From the human T2T-CHM13v2.0 reference genome, Homo sapiens, in assembly GCF_009914755.1 (NCBI RefSeq), contig NC_060933.1: a stretch of DNA of 64,000 nt; one strand, written 5' to 3'. Shown piece after piece: positions 26,901-41,900 of the stretch (position 1 is its first letter; each line of letters begins with the position of its first letter). A program made the position numbers and the translations under genes. The notes under the pieces were generated by a model. It had not been told where the DNA came from. It made no database searches and saw only the letters and a program-made list of their open reading frames with translations.

Positions 26901-29900
26901 GATTCCATTCGATTGCACTCGGGTTGATTCCATTCCATTCCATTCCATTCCATTCCATTCCATTCCGTTCCATTCCATTCCATTACATTCGGATTGATTC
27001 TATTCAATTCCCATACACTCCATTACATTCCATTCCATTCGGGTAGTTTCCACTCCATTCCATTCCATTCCTCTCCATTCCATTGCACTCGGGTTGATTC
27101 CATTCCATTGCATTCCATTCCATTCCATTCAATTCCATTCCGTTCCATTCCATTCCATTACATTCGGATTGATTCTATTCAACTCCCTTACTCTCCATTA
27201 CATTCGATTCCATTCGGGTTGTTCCATTCCATTCCATTCCATTCTACTCCATTCCATTGCACTCGGGTTGATTCCTTTCCATTCCATTCCATTCCGGAAG
27301 ATTCCATTCCATTACATTCCATTACATTCCATTCCCCTGCACTCGCGTTGATTCCATTCCATTCCATTCCATTCCATTCCATTCCATTCCTTTCCGTTCC
27401 ATTCCATTCCATTCCATTCCATTCCATTCCATTCCATTCCGTTCCGTTCTGTTCCATTCCATTCCATTCCATTCTATTCGGGTTAATTGCATTCCATTCC
27501 ATTCGATTGCAATCGAGTTGATTCCAATCCATTCCATTCCATACCATTCCATTCCATTCCATTCCATTCCATTCCATTCCATTCCGTTCCATTCCGTTCC
27601 ATTCCATTCCATTCCATTCTATTCGGGTTAATTCCATTCCATTCCATTGCATTCCATTCTATTCCATTCCATTGCAATCGAGTTGAATCCATTGCATTTC
27701 ATTCCATTCCATTCCATTCCATTCCGGAAGATTCCATTCCATTGCATTCCATTCCATTCCATTCCCTTGCACTCGCGTTGATTCCATTCCGTTCCATTCC
27801 ATTCCATTCCATTCCATTCCGTCCCTTTCCGTTCCATTCCATTCCATTCTATTCGGGTTAATTCCATTCCATTCCATTCGATTGCAATCGTGTTGATTCC
27901 ATTCCGTTCCATTCCATTCCATTCCATTCCATTCCATTCCATTCCTTTCCATTCCATTACGGATGATTCCATTCCATTGCATTCCATTCCATTCCATTCC
28001 CCTGTACTCGGGTTGATTCCATTCCATTGCATTCCAATCCATGCCCTTCCACTCGTGTTGATTCCATTCTTTCCATTCCATTCAAGTTGAATCCATTCCA
28101 TTGCATTCCATTCCATTCGATTCCATTCGATTGCACTCGGGTTGATTCCATTCCATTGCATTCCATTCCATTCCATTCCATTCCATTCCATTCCGTTTCA
28201 TTCCATTCCATTACATTCGGATTGATTCTATTCAATTCCCTTACACTCCATTACATTCCATTCCATTCGGGTAGTTTCCATTCCATTCCATTCCATTCCT
28301 CTCCATTCCATTGCACTCGGGTTGATTCCATTCCATTGCATTCCATTCCATTCCATTCCATTCCATTCCGTTCCATTCCATTCCATTACATTCGGATTGA
28401 TTCTATTCATCTCCCTTAGTCTCCATTACATTCCATTCCATTCGGGTTGTTCCATTCCATTCCATTCCATTCCACTCCATTGCATTGCACTCGGGTTGAT
28501 TCCATTCCATTCCATTCCATTCCATTCCATTCCATTCCATTCCGGAAGATTCCATTCCATTGCATTCCATTCCATTACATTCCCCTGCACTCGCGTTGAT
28601 TCCATTCCATTCCATTCCATTCCATTCCATTCCATTCCATTCCATTCCTTTCCGTTCCATTCCATTCCATTCCATTCCATTCCGTTCCGTTGCGTTCCAT
28701 TCCATTCCATTCCATTCTATTCGGGTTAATTCCATTCCATTCCATTCGATTGCAATCGAGTTGATTGCATTCCATTCCATTCCATTCCATTCCATTCCAT
28801 TCCATTCCATTCCTTTCCATTCCATTACGGATGATTCCATTCCATTGCATTCCATTCCATTCCATTCCTCTGTACTCGGGTTGATTCCATTCCATTCCAT
28901 TCCAATCCATGCCATTCCACTCGTGTTGATTCCATTCTTTCCATTCCATTCAAGTTGAATCCATTCCATTGCATTCCATTCCATTCCATTCCCCTGCAGT
29001 CGGGTTGATTCCATTCCATTCCATTCCATTCCATTCCATTCCATTTCGTTCCGTTCCGTTCCATTGCATTCCATTCCTTTCTACTCGGGTTAATTCCATT
29101 CCATTCCATTCCATTCCATTCCATTCCAATCGAGTTGATTCCATTCCATTCCATTCCATTCCATTCCATTCCACTCCAGTCCAGTCCTTTCCAAACCATT
29201 CCACTCGGGTGGATTCCAATGTATTCCTTTCCATTCCATTCCATTCCATTGCAATCGAGTTGATTCCATTGCTTTGCATTCCATTCCATTCCATTCCATT
29301 CCGGATGATTCCATTCCATTGCATTCCATTCCATTCCATTCCCCTGCACTCGGGTTGATTCCATTCCATTCCACTCCATTCCGTTCCATTCCATTCCATT
29401 CCATTGTATTCGGGTTAATTCCATTCCATTCCATTCCATTCCATTCCATTACAATCGAGTTGATTCCATTCCATTCCATTCCATTCCAGTCCTTTCCATT
29501 CCATTCCACTCGGGTTGATTCCATTCTATTAGTTTCCATTCCATTCCATTCCCTTCCATTCCACTCTGGTTGATTCCACTCCTTTCCATTCCACTCGAAT
29601 ACATTCCCTCCTATTCCACTCGGAACGATTCCATTCCATTCCATTCCATTCCATTCCATTCCATTCCATTCCATTCCATTTCATTCCATTGCAATCCATT
29701 CCAATCCATTCCATTCCATTCCACTCGAGTTGATTTCATTCCATCTCTTTCCATTCCATTCCATTCCTTTCCATTCGAGTTGATTCCATTCCATTCCATT
29801 CCATTGCATTCCATTCCATGCCATTCCACTCGGGTTGATTCCATTCCTTTGCATTCCATTCCATTCCATTCCATTCCATTCCATTCCATTCCGTTGCATT

Positions 29901-32900
29901 CCATTCCATTACATTCCGATTGATTTCTATTCAACTCCCTTACTCTCCATTACATTCCATTCCATTCGGGTTGTTCTATTCCATTCCATTCCATTCCACT
30001 CCATTCCATTGCACTCGGGTTGATTCCATTCCATTCCATTCCATTCCATTCCATTCCATTCCGGATGATTCCATTCCATTGCATTCCGTTCCATTACATT
30101 CCCCTGCACTCGCGTTGATTCCATTCCATTCCATTCCATTCCATTCAATTCCATTCCATTACAATTCGTTCCATTCCATTCTATTCCGTACCATTCCATT
30201 CCATTCCATACCATTCCATTCCATTCGATTCCATTCCGTTCCGTTCCATTCCGTTCCATTCCATTCCATTCCATTCTATTCGGGTTAATTCCATTCCATT
30301 CCATTCAATTCCATTCCATTCTATTCCATTCCATTGCAGTCGAGTTGAATCCATTGCATTTCATTCCATTCCATTCCATTCCATTCCGGAAGATTCCATT
30401 CCATTGCATTCCATTCCATTCCATTCCCCTGCACTGGCGTTGATTCCATTCCGTTACATTCCATTCCATTCCATTCCATTCCGTTCCGTTCCGTTCCGTT
30501 CCGTTCCATTCCATTCCATTCCATTCCGTTCCGTTCCATTCCATTCCATTCCATTCTATTCTGGTTAATTTCATTCCATTCCATTCGATTGCAATCGTGT
30601 TGATTCCATTCCATTCCATTCCATTCCATTCCATTCCATTCCATTCCATTCCATTCCTTTCCATTCCATTACGGATGATTCCATTCCATTGCATTCCATT
30701 CCATTCCATTCCCCTGTACTCGGGTTGATTCCATTCCATTGCATTCCAATCCATGCCCTTCCACTCGTGTTGATTCCATTCTTTCCATTCCATTCAAGTT
30801 GAATCCATTCCATTGCATTCCATTCCATTCGATTCCATTCGATTGCTCTCGGGTTGATTCCATTCCATTGCATTCCATTGCATTCCATTCCATTCCATTC
30901 CATTCCGTTCCATTCCATTCCATTACATTCGGATTGATTCTATTCAATTCCCTTACACTCCATTACATTCCATTCCATTTGGGTAGTTTCCATTCCATTC
31001 CATTCCATTCCATTCCATTCCATTCCATTGTACTCGGGTTGATTCCATTCCATTGCATTCCATTCCATTCCATTCCATTCCATTCCGTTGCATTCCATTC
31101 CATTACATTCGGATTGATTCTATTCAACTCCCTTACTCTCCATTCCATTCCATTCCATTCGGGTTGTTCCATTCCATTCCATTCCATTCCACTCCATTCC
31201 ATTGCACTCGGGTTGATTCCATTCCATTCCATTCCATTCCATTCCATTCCATTCCATTCCGGAAGATTCCATTCCATTGCATTCCATTCCATTCCATTCC
31301 CCTGCACTCGCGTTGATTCCATTCCATTCCATTCCATTCCATTCCATTCCATTCCATTCCATTCCATTCCTTTCCATTCCATTCCATTCCATTCCATTCC
31401 GTTCCGTTCCGTTCCGTTCCATTCCATTCCATTCCATTCTATTCGGGTTAATTCCATTCCATTCCATTCGATTGCAATCGAGTTGATTCCATTCCATTCC
31501 ATTCCATTCCATTCCATTCCATTCCATTCCATTCCTTTCCATTCCATTACGGATGATTCCATTCCATTGCATTCCATTCCATTCCATTCCCCTGTACTCG
31601 GGTTGATTCCATTCCATTCCATTCCAATCCATGCCATTCCACTCGTGTTGATTCCATTCTTTCCATTCCATTCAAGTTGAATCCATTCCATTGCATTCCA
31701 TTCCATTCCATTCCCCTGCAGTCTGGTTGATTCCATTCCATTCGATTCCATTCCATTCCATTCCATTCCATTCCGTTCCGTTCCGTTCCACTGCATTCCA
31801 TTCCTTTCTACTCGGGATAATTCCATTCCATTCCATTCCATTCCATTCCATTCCAATCGAGTTGATTCTATTCCATTCCATTCCATTCCATTCCATTCCA
31901 TTCCAGTCCTTTCCATTCCATTCCACTCGGGTTGATTCCATTCTATTACTTTCCATTCCATTCCATTCCTTTCCATTCCACTCTGGTTGATTCCATTCCT
32001 TTCCATTCCACTCGAATACATTCCCTCCTATTCCACTCGGAACGGTTCCATTCCATTCCATTCCATTCCATTCCATTCCATTCCATTCCATTCCATTTCG
32101 TTCCATTCCATTCTATTCCGTATCCTTCCATTCCATTCCATTCCATTCCATTCCATTCCATTGTACTCGGGTTGATTCCACTCCATTGCATTCCATTCCA
32201 TTCTATTCCATTCCATTCCGTTGCATTCCATTCCATTACATTCGGATTGATTCTATTCAACTCCCTTACTCTCCATTACATTCCATTCCATTCGGGTTGT
32301 TCCATTCCATTCCATTCCATTCCACTCCATTCCATTGCACTCGTGTTGATTCCATTCCATTCCATTCCATTCCATTCCATTCCGGATGATTCCATTCCAT
32401 TGCATTCCGTTCCATTACATTCCCCTGCACTCGCGTTGATTCCATTCCATTCCATTCCATTCCATTCAATTCCATTCCATTACAATTCGTTCCATTCCAT
32501 TCTATTCCGTACCATTCCATTCCATTCCATACCATTCCATTCCACTCCATTCCATTCCATTCCGTTCCATTCCGTTCCATTCCATTCCATTCCATTCTAT
32601 TCGGATTAATTCCATTCCCTTCCATTCCATTCCATTCTATTCCATTCCATTGCAATCGAGTTGAATCCATTGCATTTCATTCCATTCCATTCCATTCCAT
32701 TCCATTCCGGAATATTCCATTCCATTGCATTCCATTCCATTCCATTCCCCTGCACTCGCGTTGATTCCATTCCATTCCATTCCATTCCGTTCTGTTCCAT
32801 TGCATTCCATTCCATTCCATTCCGTTCTGTTCCATTCCATTCCATTCTATTCTATTCGGGTTAATTCCATTCCATTCCATTCGATTGCAATCGAGTTGAT

Positions 32901-35900
32901 TCCATTCCATTCCATTCCATTCCATTCCATTCCATTCCTTTCCATTCCATTACGGATGATTCCATTCCATTGCATTCCATTCCATTCCATTCCCCTGTAC
33001 TCGGGTTGATTCCATTCCATTCCATTCCAATCCATGCCATTCCACTCGTGTTGTTTCCATTCTTTCCATTCCATTCAAGTTGATTCCATTCCATTGCATT
33101 CCATTCCATTCGATTCCATTCGATTGCACTCGGGTTGATTCCATTCCATAGCATTCCATTCCATTCCATTCCATTCCATTCCATTCCATTCCATTGCATT
33201 CGGATTGATTCTATTCAATTCCCTTACACTCCATTACATTCCATTCCATTCGGGTAGTTTCCACTCCATTCCATTCCATTCCTCTCCATTCCATTGCACT
33301 CGGGTTGATTCCATTCCATTGCATTCCATTCCATTCCATTCAATTACATTCCGTTCCATTCCATTCCATTACATTCGGATTGATTCTATTCAACTCCCTT
33401 ACTCTCCATTACATTCCATTCCATTCGGGTTGTTCCATTCCATTCCATTCCATTCCACTCCATTCCATTGCACTCGGGTTTATTCCATTCCATTCCATTC
33501 CATTCCATTCCATTCCATTCCAGAACATTCCATTCCATTGCATTCCATTCCATTCCATTCCCCTGCACTCGCGTTCATTCCATTCCATTCCATTCCATTC
33601 CATTCCATTCCTTTCCGTTCCATTCCATTCCATTCCATTCCGTTCCGTTCCGTTCCGTTCCGTTCCGTTGCATTCCATTCCATTCCATTCCATTCCATTC
33701 CATTCCGTTCCTTTCCGTTCCATTCCATTCCATTCCACTCTATTCGGGTTAATTCCATTCCATTCCATTCCATTCCATTCCATTCCAATCGAGTTGATTC
33801 CATTCCATTCCATTCCACTCCATTCCAGTCCTTTCCATTCCATTCCACTCGGGTTGATTCCAATGTATTCCTTTCCATTCCATTCCATTCCATTGCAATC
33901 GAGTTGATTCCATTGCTTTGCATTCCATTCCATTCCATTCCATTCCGGATGATTCCATTCCATTGCATTCCATTCCATTCCATTCCCCTGCACTCGGGTT
34001 GATTCCATTCCATTCCACTCCATTCCGTTCCATTCCATTCCATTCCATTGTATTCAGGTTAATTCCATTCCATTCCATTCCATTCCATTCCATTCCATTC
34101 CATTACAATCGAGTTGATTCCATTCCATTCCATTCCATTCCATTCCATTCCATTCCAGTCCTTTCCATTCCATTCCACTCGGGTTGATTCCATTCTATTA
34201 GTTTCCATTCCATTCCATTCCCTTCCATTCCACTCTGGTTGATTCCATTCCTTTCCATTCCACTCGAATACATTCCTTCCTGTTCCACTCGGAACGATTC
34301 CATTCCATTCCATTCCATTCCATTCCATTCCATTCCATTCCATTCCATTCCATTTCGTTCCATTCCATTCTATTCCGTATCATTCCATTCCATTCCATTC
34401 TATTCCATTCCATTCCTTTCCATTCCATTCGGTTTGAAGGCATTCCATTCCATTCCATTCCATTCCATTCCATTCCATTCCATTCCATTCCATTGTACTC
34501 GGGTTGATTCCATTCCATTGCATTCCATTCCATTCCATTCCATTCCATTCCGTTGCATTCCATTCCATTACATTCAGATTGATTCTATTCAACTCCCTTA
34601 CGCTCCATTACATTCCATTCCATTCGGGTTGTTCCATTCCATTCCATTCCATTCCACTCCATTCCATTGCACTCGGGTTGTTTCCATTCCATTCCATTCC
34701 ATTCCATTCCATTCCATTCCGGATGATTCCATTCCATTGCATTCCGTTCCATTACATTCCCCTGCACTCGCGTTGATTCCATTCCATTCCATTCAATTCC
34801 ATTCCATTACAATTCGTTCCATTCCATTCTATTCCGTACCATTCTATTCCATTCCAATCCATTCCATTCCATTCCATTCCATTCCATTCCGTTCCATTCC
34901 GTTCCATTGCATTCCATTCCATTCTATTCGGGTTAATTCCATTCCATTCCATTCTATTCCATTCCATTGCAATCGAGTTGAATCCATTGCATTTCATTCC
35001 ATTCCATTCCATTCCATTCCATTCCATTCCGGAGGATTCCATTCCATTGCATTCCATTCCATTCCATTCCCCTACACTCGCGTTGAATCCATTCCATTCC
35101 ATTCCATTCCATTCCATTCCGTTCCGTTCCATTCCATTCCATTCCATTCCATTCCGTTCCATTCCATTCCATTCCATTCCATTCTATTCGGGTTAATTCC
35201 ATTCCATTCCATTCGATTGCAATCGAGTTGATTCCATTCCATTCCATTCCATTCCATTCCATTCCATTCCATTCCATTCCTTTCCATTCCATTACGGATG
35301 ATTCCATTCCATTGCATTCCATTCCATTCCATTCCCCTGTACTCGGGTTGATTCCATTCCATTCCATTCCAATCCATGCCATTCCACTCGTGTTGATTCC
35401 ATTCTTTCCATTCCATTCAAGTTGAATCCATTCCATTGCATTCAATTCCATTCGATTCCATTCGATTGCACTCGGGTTGATTCCATTCCATTCCATTCCA
35501 TTCCATTCCATTCCATTCCGTTCCATTCCATTCCATTACATTCGGATTGATTCTATTCAATTCCCTTACACTCCATTACATTCCATTCCATTCGGGTATT
35601 TTCCACTCCATTCCATTCCATTCCTCTCCATTCCATTGCACTCGGGTTGATTCCATTCCATTGCATTCCATTCCATTCCATTCAATTCCATTCCGTTCCA
35701 TTCCATTCCATTACATTCGGATTGATTCTATTCAACTCCCTTACTCTCCATTACATTCGATTCCATTCGGGTTGTTCCATTCCATTCCATTCCATTCTAC
35801 CCCATTCCATTGCACTCGGGTTGATTCCTTTCCATTCCATTCCATTCCGGAAGATTCCATTCCATTACATTCCATTACATTCCATTCCCCTGCACTCCCG

Positions 35901-35990
35901 TTGATTCCATTCCATTCCATTCCATTCCATTCCATTCCATTCCTTTCCGTTCCATTCCATTCCATTCCATTCCATTCCATTCCATTCCAT
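23990..35990 (-). repeat. ~11.9 kb recent tandem duplication, copy 1
   Basis: ORF-track pairs at near-constant offset: 24333/36266, 25706/37634, 26994/38917, 27487/39400, 29570/41483, 30739/42652, 31932/43835, 33205/45118, 34239/46162, 35547/47460 (offsets 11903-11933). Private variants are shared, e.g. CCATTATATTCGG, CCACTCATTTTGATTCCACT, CCGTCCCTTTCC, CATCTCTTTCC and CCTTCCTGTTCC. Confidence 0.93.
24001..24015. promoter_or_regulatory. Perfect heat-shock element consensus nTTCnnGAAnnTTCn (representative right-arm copy)
   Basis: aTTCc-gGAAg-aTTCc. About 44 copies or variants in the right arm by eye. Motif match only. Confidence 0.5.
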
Positions 35991-38900
35991 TCCGGAAGAT
36001 TCCATTCCATTGCATTCCATTCCATTCCATTCCCCTGCACTCGCGTTGATTCCATTCCATTCCATTCCGTTCCGTTCCATTCCATTCCATTCCATTCCAT
36101 TCCATTCCGTTCCTTTCCATTCCATTCCATTCCATTCTATTCGGGTTAATTCTATTCCATTCCATTCGATTGCACTCGGGTTGATTCCTTTCCATTGCAT
36201 TCCATTCCATTCCATTCCATTCCATTCCATTCCATTCCGTTCCATTCCTTTCCATTATATTCGGATTGATTCTATTCAATTCCCTTACACTCCATTACAT
36301 TCCATTCCATTCGGGTAGTTTCCATTCCATTCCATTCCATTCCTCTCCATTCCATTGCACTCGGGTTGATTCCATTCCATTGCATTCCATTCCATTCCAT
36401 TCAATTACATTCCGTTCCATTCCATTCCATTACATTCGGATTGATTCTATTCAACTCCCTTACTCTCCATTACATTCCATTCCATTCGGGTTGTTCCATT
36501 CCATTCCATTCTATTCCACTCCATTCCATTGCACTCGGGTTTATTCCATTCCATTCCATTCCATTCCATTCCATTCCGGAACATTCCATTCCATTGCATT
36601 CCATTCCATTCCATTCCCCTGCACTCGCGTTCATTCCATTCCATTCCATTCCATTCCATTCCATTCCATTCCTTTCCGTTCCATTCCATTCCATTCCATT
36701 CCATTCCATTCCGTTCCGTTCCGTTCCGTTCCGTTCCGTTGCATTCCATTCCATTCCATTCTATTCGGGTTAATTCCATTCCATTCCATTCGATTGCAAT
36801 CGAGTTGATTCCATTCCATTCCATTCCATTCCATTCCATTCCATTCCATTCCATTCCTTTCCATTCCATTACGGATGATTCCATTCCATTGCATTCCATT
36901 CCATTCCATTCCCCTGTACTCGGGTTGATTCCATTCCATTCCATTCCAATCCATGCCATTCCACTCGTGTTGATTCCATTCTTTCCATTCCATTCAAGTT
37001 GAATCCATTCCATTGCATTCCATTCCATTCCATTCCCCTGCAGTCGGGTTGATTCCATTCCATTCCATTCCATTCCATTCCATTCCATTCCATTCCGTTC
37101 CTTTCCGTTCCATTCCATTCCATTCCACTCTATTCGGGTTAATTCCATTCCATTCCATTCCATTCCATTCCATTCCAATCGAGTTGATTCCATTCCATTC
37201 CATTCCACTCCATTCCAGTCCTTTCCATTCCATTCCACTCGGGTTGATTCCAATGTATTCCTTTCCATTCCATTCCATTCCATTGCAATCGAGTTGATTC
37301 CATTGCTTTGCATTCCATTCCATTCCATTCCATTCCGGATGATTCCATTCCATTGCATTCCATTCCATTCCATTCCCCTGCACTCGGGTTGATTCCATTC
37401 CATTCCACTCCATTCCGTTCCATTCCATTCCACTCCATTGTATTCAGGTTAATTCCATTCCATTCCATTCCATTCCATTCCATTCCATTCCATTCCATTC
37501 CATTACAATCGAGTTGATTCCATTCCATTCCATTCCATTCCATTCCATTCCAGTCCTTTTCATTCCATTCCACTCGGGTTGATTCCATTCTATTAGTTTC
37601 CATTCCATTCCATTCCCTTCCATTCCACTCTGGTTGATTCCATTCCTTTCCATTCCACTCGAATACATTCCTTCCTATTCCACTCGGAACGATTCCATTC
37701 CATTCCATTCCATTCCATTCCATTCCATTCCATTTCGTTCCATTCCATTCTATTCCGTATCATTCCATTCCATTCCATTCCATTCCATTCCATTCCATTC
37801 CATTCCATTCCACTCATTTTGATTCCACTCCTTTCCATTCCATTCGGTTTGAAGGCATTCCATTCCATTCCATTCCATTCCATTCCATTCCATTCCATTC
37901 CATTGTACTCGGGTTGATTCCATTCCATTGCATTCCATTCCATTCCATTCCATTCCATTCCGTTGCATTCCATTCCATTACATTCAGATTGATTCTATTC
38001 AACTCCCTTACGCTCCATTACATTCCATTCCATTCGGGTTGTTCCATTCCATTCCATTCCATTCCACTCCATTCCATTGCACTCGGGTTGTTTCCATTCC
38101 ATTCCATTCCATTCCATTCCATTCCATTCCGGATGATTCCATTCCATTGCATTCCGTTCCATTACATTCCCCTGCACTCGCGTTGATTCCATTCCATTCC
38201 ATTCAATTCCATTCCATTACAATTCGTTCCATTCCATTCTATTCCGTATCATTTCATTCCATTCCATACCATTCCATTCCATTCCATTCCATTCCATTCC
38301 ATTCCGTTCCATTCCGTTCCATTGCATTCCATTCCATTCTATTCGGGTTAATTCCATTCCATTCCATTCTATTCCATTCCATTGCAATCGAGTTGAATCC
38401 ATTGCATTTCATTCCATTCCATTCCATTCCATTCCATTCCATTCCGGAGGATTCCATTCCATTGCATTCCATTCCATTCCATTCCCCTGCACTCGCGTTG
38501 AATCCATTCCATTCCATTCCATTCCATTCCATTCCGTTCCGTTCCATTCCATTCTATTCGGGTTAATTCCATTCCATTCCATTCGATTGCAATAGAGTTG
38601 ATTCCATTCCATTCCATTCCATTCCATTCCATTCCATTCCATTCCATTCCTTTCCATTCCATTACGGATGATTCCATTCCATTGCATTCCATTCCATTCC
38701 ATTCCCCTGTACTCGGGTTGATTCCATTCCATTCCATTCCAATCCATGCCATTCCACTCGTGTTGATTCCATTCTTTCCATTCCATTCAAGTTGAATCCA
38801 TTCCATTGCATTCAATTCCATTCGATTCCATTCGATTGCACTCGGGTTGATTCCATTCCATTCCATTCCATTCCATTCCATTCCATTCCGTTCCATTCCA

Positions 38901-41900
38901 TTCCATTACATTCGGATTGATTCTATTCAATTCCCTTACACTCCATTACATTCCATTCCATTCGGGTAGTTTCCACTCCATTCCATTCCATTCCTCTCCA
39001 TTCCATTGCACTCGGGTTGATTCCATTCCATTGCATTCCATTCCATTCCATTCAATTCCATTCCGTTCCATTCCATTCCATTACATTCGGATTGATTCTA
39101 TTCAACTCCCTTACTCTCCATTACATTCGATTCCATTCGGGTTGTTCCATTCCATTCCATTCCATTCTACTCCATTCCATTGCACTCGGGTTGATTCCTT
39201 TCCATTCCATTCCATTCCGGAAGATTCCATTCCATTACATTCCATTACATTCCATTCCCCTGCACTCGCGTTGATTCCATTCCATTCCATTCCATTCCAT
39301 TCCATTCCATTCCTTTCCGTTCCATTCCATTCCATTCCATTCCATTCCATTCCGTTCCGTTCTGTTCCATTCCATTCCATTCCATTCTATTCGGGTTAAT
39401 TGCATTCCATTCCATTCGATTGCAATCGAGTTGATTCCAATCCATTCCATTCCATACCATTCCATTCCATTCCATTCCATTCCATTCCATTCCATTCCGT
39501 TCCATTCCGTTCCATTCCATTCCATTCCATTCTATTCGGGTTAATTCCATTCCATTCCATTGCATTCCATTCTATTCCATTCCATTGCAATCGAGTTGAA
39601 TCCATTGCATTTCATTCCATTCCATTCCATTCCATTCCGGAAGATTCCATTCCATTGCATTCCATTCCATTCCATTCCCTTGCACTCGCGTTGATTCCAT
39701 TCCGTTCCATTCCATTCCATTCCATTCCATTCCGTCCCTTTCCGTTCCATTCCATTCCATTCTATTCGGGTTAATTCCATTCCATTCCATTCGATTGCAA
39801 TCGTGTTGATTCCATTCCGTTCCATTCCATTCCATTCCATTCCATTCCATTCCATTCCTTTCCATTCCATTACGGATGATTCCATTCCATTGCATTCCAT
39901 TCCATTCCATTCCCCTGTACTCGGGTTGATTCCATTCCATTGCATTCCAATCCATGCCCTTCCACTCGTGTTGATTCCATTCTTTCCATTCCATTCAAGT
40001 TGAATCCATTCCATTGCATTCCATTCCATTCGATTCCATTCGATTGCACTCGGGTTGATTCCATTCCATTGCATTCCATTCCATTCCATTCCATTCCATT
40101 CCATTCCGTTTCATTCCATTCCATTACATTCGGATTGATTCTATTCAATTCCCTTACACTCCATTACATTCCATTCCATTCGGGTAGTTTCCATTCCATT
40201 CCATTCCATTCCTCTCCATTCCATTGCACTCGGGTTGATTCCATTCCATTGCATTCCATTCCATTCCATTCCATTCCATTCCGTTCCATTCCATTCCATT
40301 ACATTCGGATTGATTCTATTCAACTCCCTTACTCTCCATTACATTCCATTCCATTCGGGTTGTTCCATTCCATTCCATTCCATTCCACTCCATTGCATTG
40401 CACTCGGGTTGATTCCATTCCATTCCATTCCATTCCATTCCATTCCATTCCATTCCGGAAGATTCCATTCCATTGCATTCCATTCCATTACATTCCCCTG
40501 CACTCGCGTTGATTCCATTCCATTCCATTCCATTCCATTCCATTCCATTCCATTCCATTCCTTTCCGTTCCATTCCATTCCATTCCATTCCATTCCGTTC
40601 CGTTGCGTTCCATTCCATTCCATTCCATTCTATTCGGGTTAATTCCATTCCATTCCATTCGATTGCAATCGAGTTGATTGCATTCCATTCCATTCCATTC
40701 CATTCCATTCCATTCCATTCCATTCCTTTCCATTCCATTACGGATGATTCCATTCCATTGCATTCCATTCCATTCCATTCCTCTGTACTCGGGTTGATTC
40801 CATTCCATTCCATTCCAATCCATGCCATTCCACTCGTGTTGATTCCATTCTTTCCATTCCATTCAAGTTGAATCCATTCCATTGCATTCCATTCCATTCC
40901 ATTCCCCTGCAGTCGGGTTGATTCCATTCCATTCCATTCCATTCCATTCCATTCCATTTCGTTCCGTTCCGTTCCATTGCATTCCATTCCTTTCTACTCG
41001 GGTTAATTCCATTCCATTCCATTCCATTCCATTCCATTCCAATCGAGTTGATTCCATTCCATTCCATTCCATTCCATTCCATTCCACTCCATTCCAGTCC
41101 TTTCCAAACCATTCCACTCGGGTGGATTCCAATGTATTCCTTTCCATTCCATTCCATTCCATTGCAATCGAGTTGATTCCATTGCTTTGCATTCCATTCC
41201 ATTCCATTCCATTCCGGATGATTCCATTCCATTGCATTCCATTCCATTCCATTCCCCTGCACTCGGGTTGATTCCATTCCATTCCACTCCATTCCGTTCC
41301 ATTCCATTCCATTCCATTGTATTCGGGTTAATTCCATTCCATTCCATTCCATTCCATTCCATTACAATCGAGTTGATTCCATTCCATTCCATTCCATTCC
41401 AGTCCTTTCCATTCCATTCCACTCGGGTTGATTCCATTCTATTAGTTTCCATTCCATTCCATTCCCTTCCATTCCACTCTGGTTGATTCCACTCCTTTCC
41501 ATTCCACTCGAATACATTCCCTCCTATTCCACTCGGAACGATTCCATTCCATTCCATTCCATTCCATTCCATTCCATTCCATTCCATTCCATTTCATTCC
41601 ATTGCAATCCATTCCAATCCATTCCATTCCATTCCACTCGAGTTGATTTCATTCCATCTCTTTCCATTCCATTCCATTCCTTTCCATTCGAGTTGATTCC
41701 ATTCCATTCCATTCCATTGCATTCCATTCCATGCCATTCCACTCGGGTTGATTCCATTCCTTTGCATTCCATTCCATTCCATTCCATTCCATTCCATTCC
41801 ATTCCATTCCGTTGCATTCCATTCCATTACATTCCGATTGATTTCTATTCAACTCCCTTACTCTCCATTACATTCCATTCCATTCGGGTTGTTCTATTCC

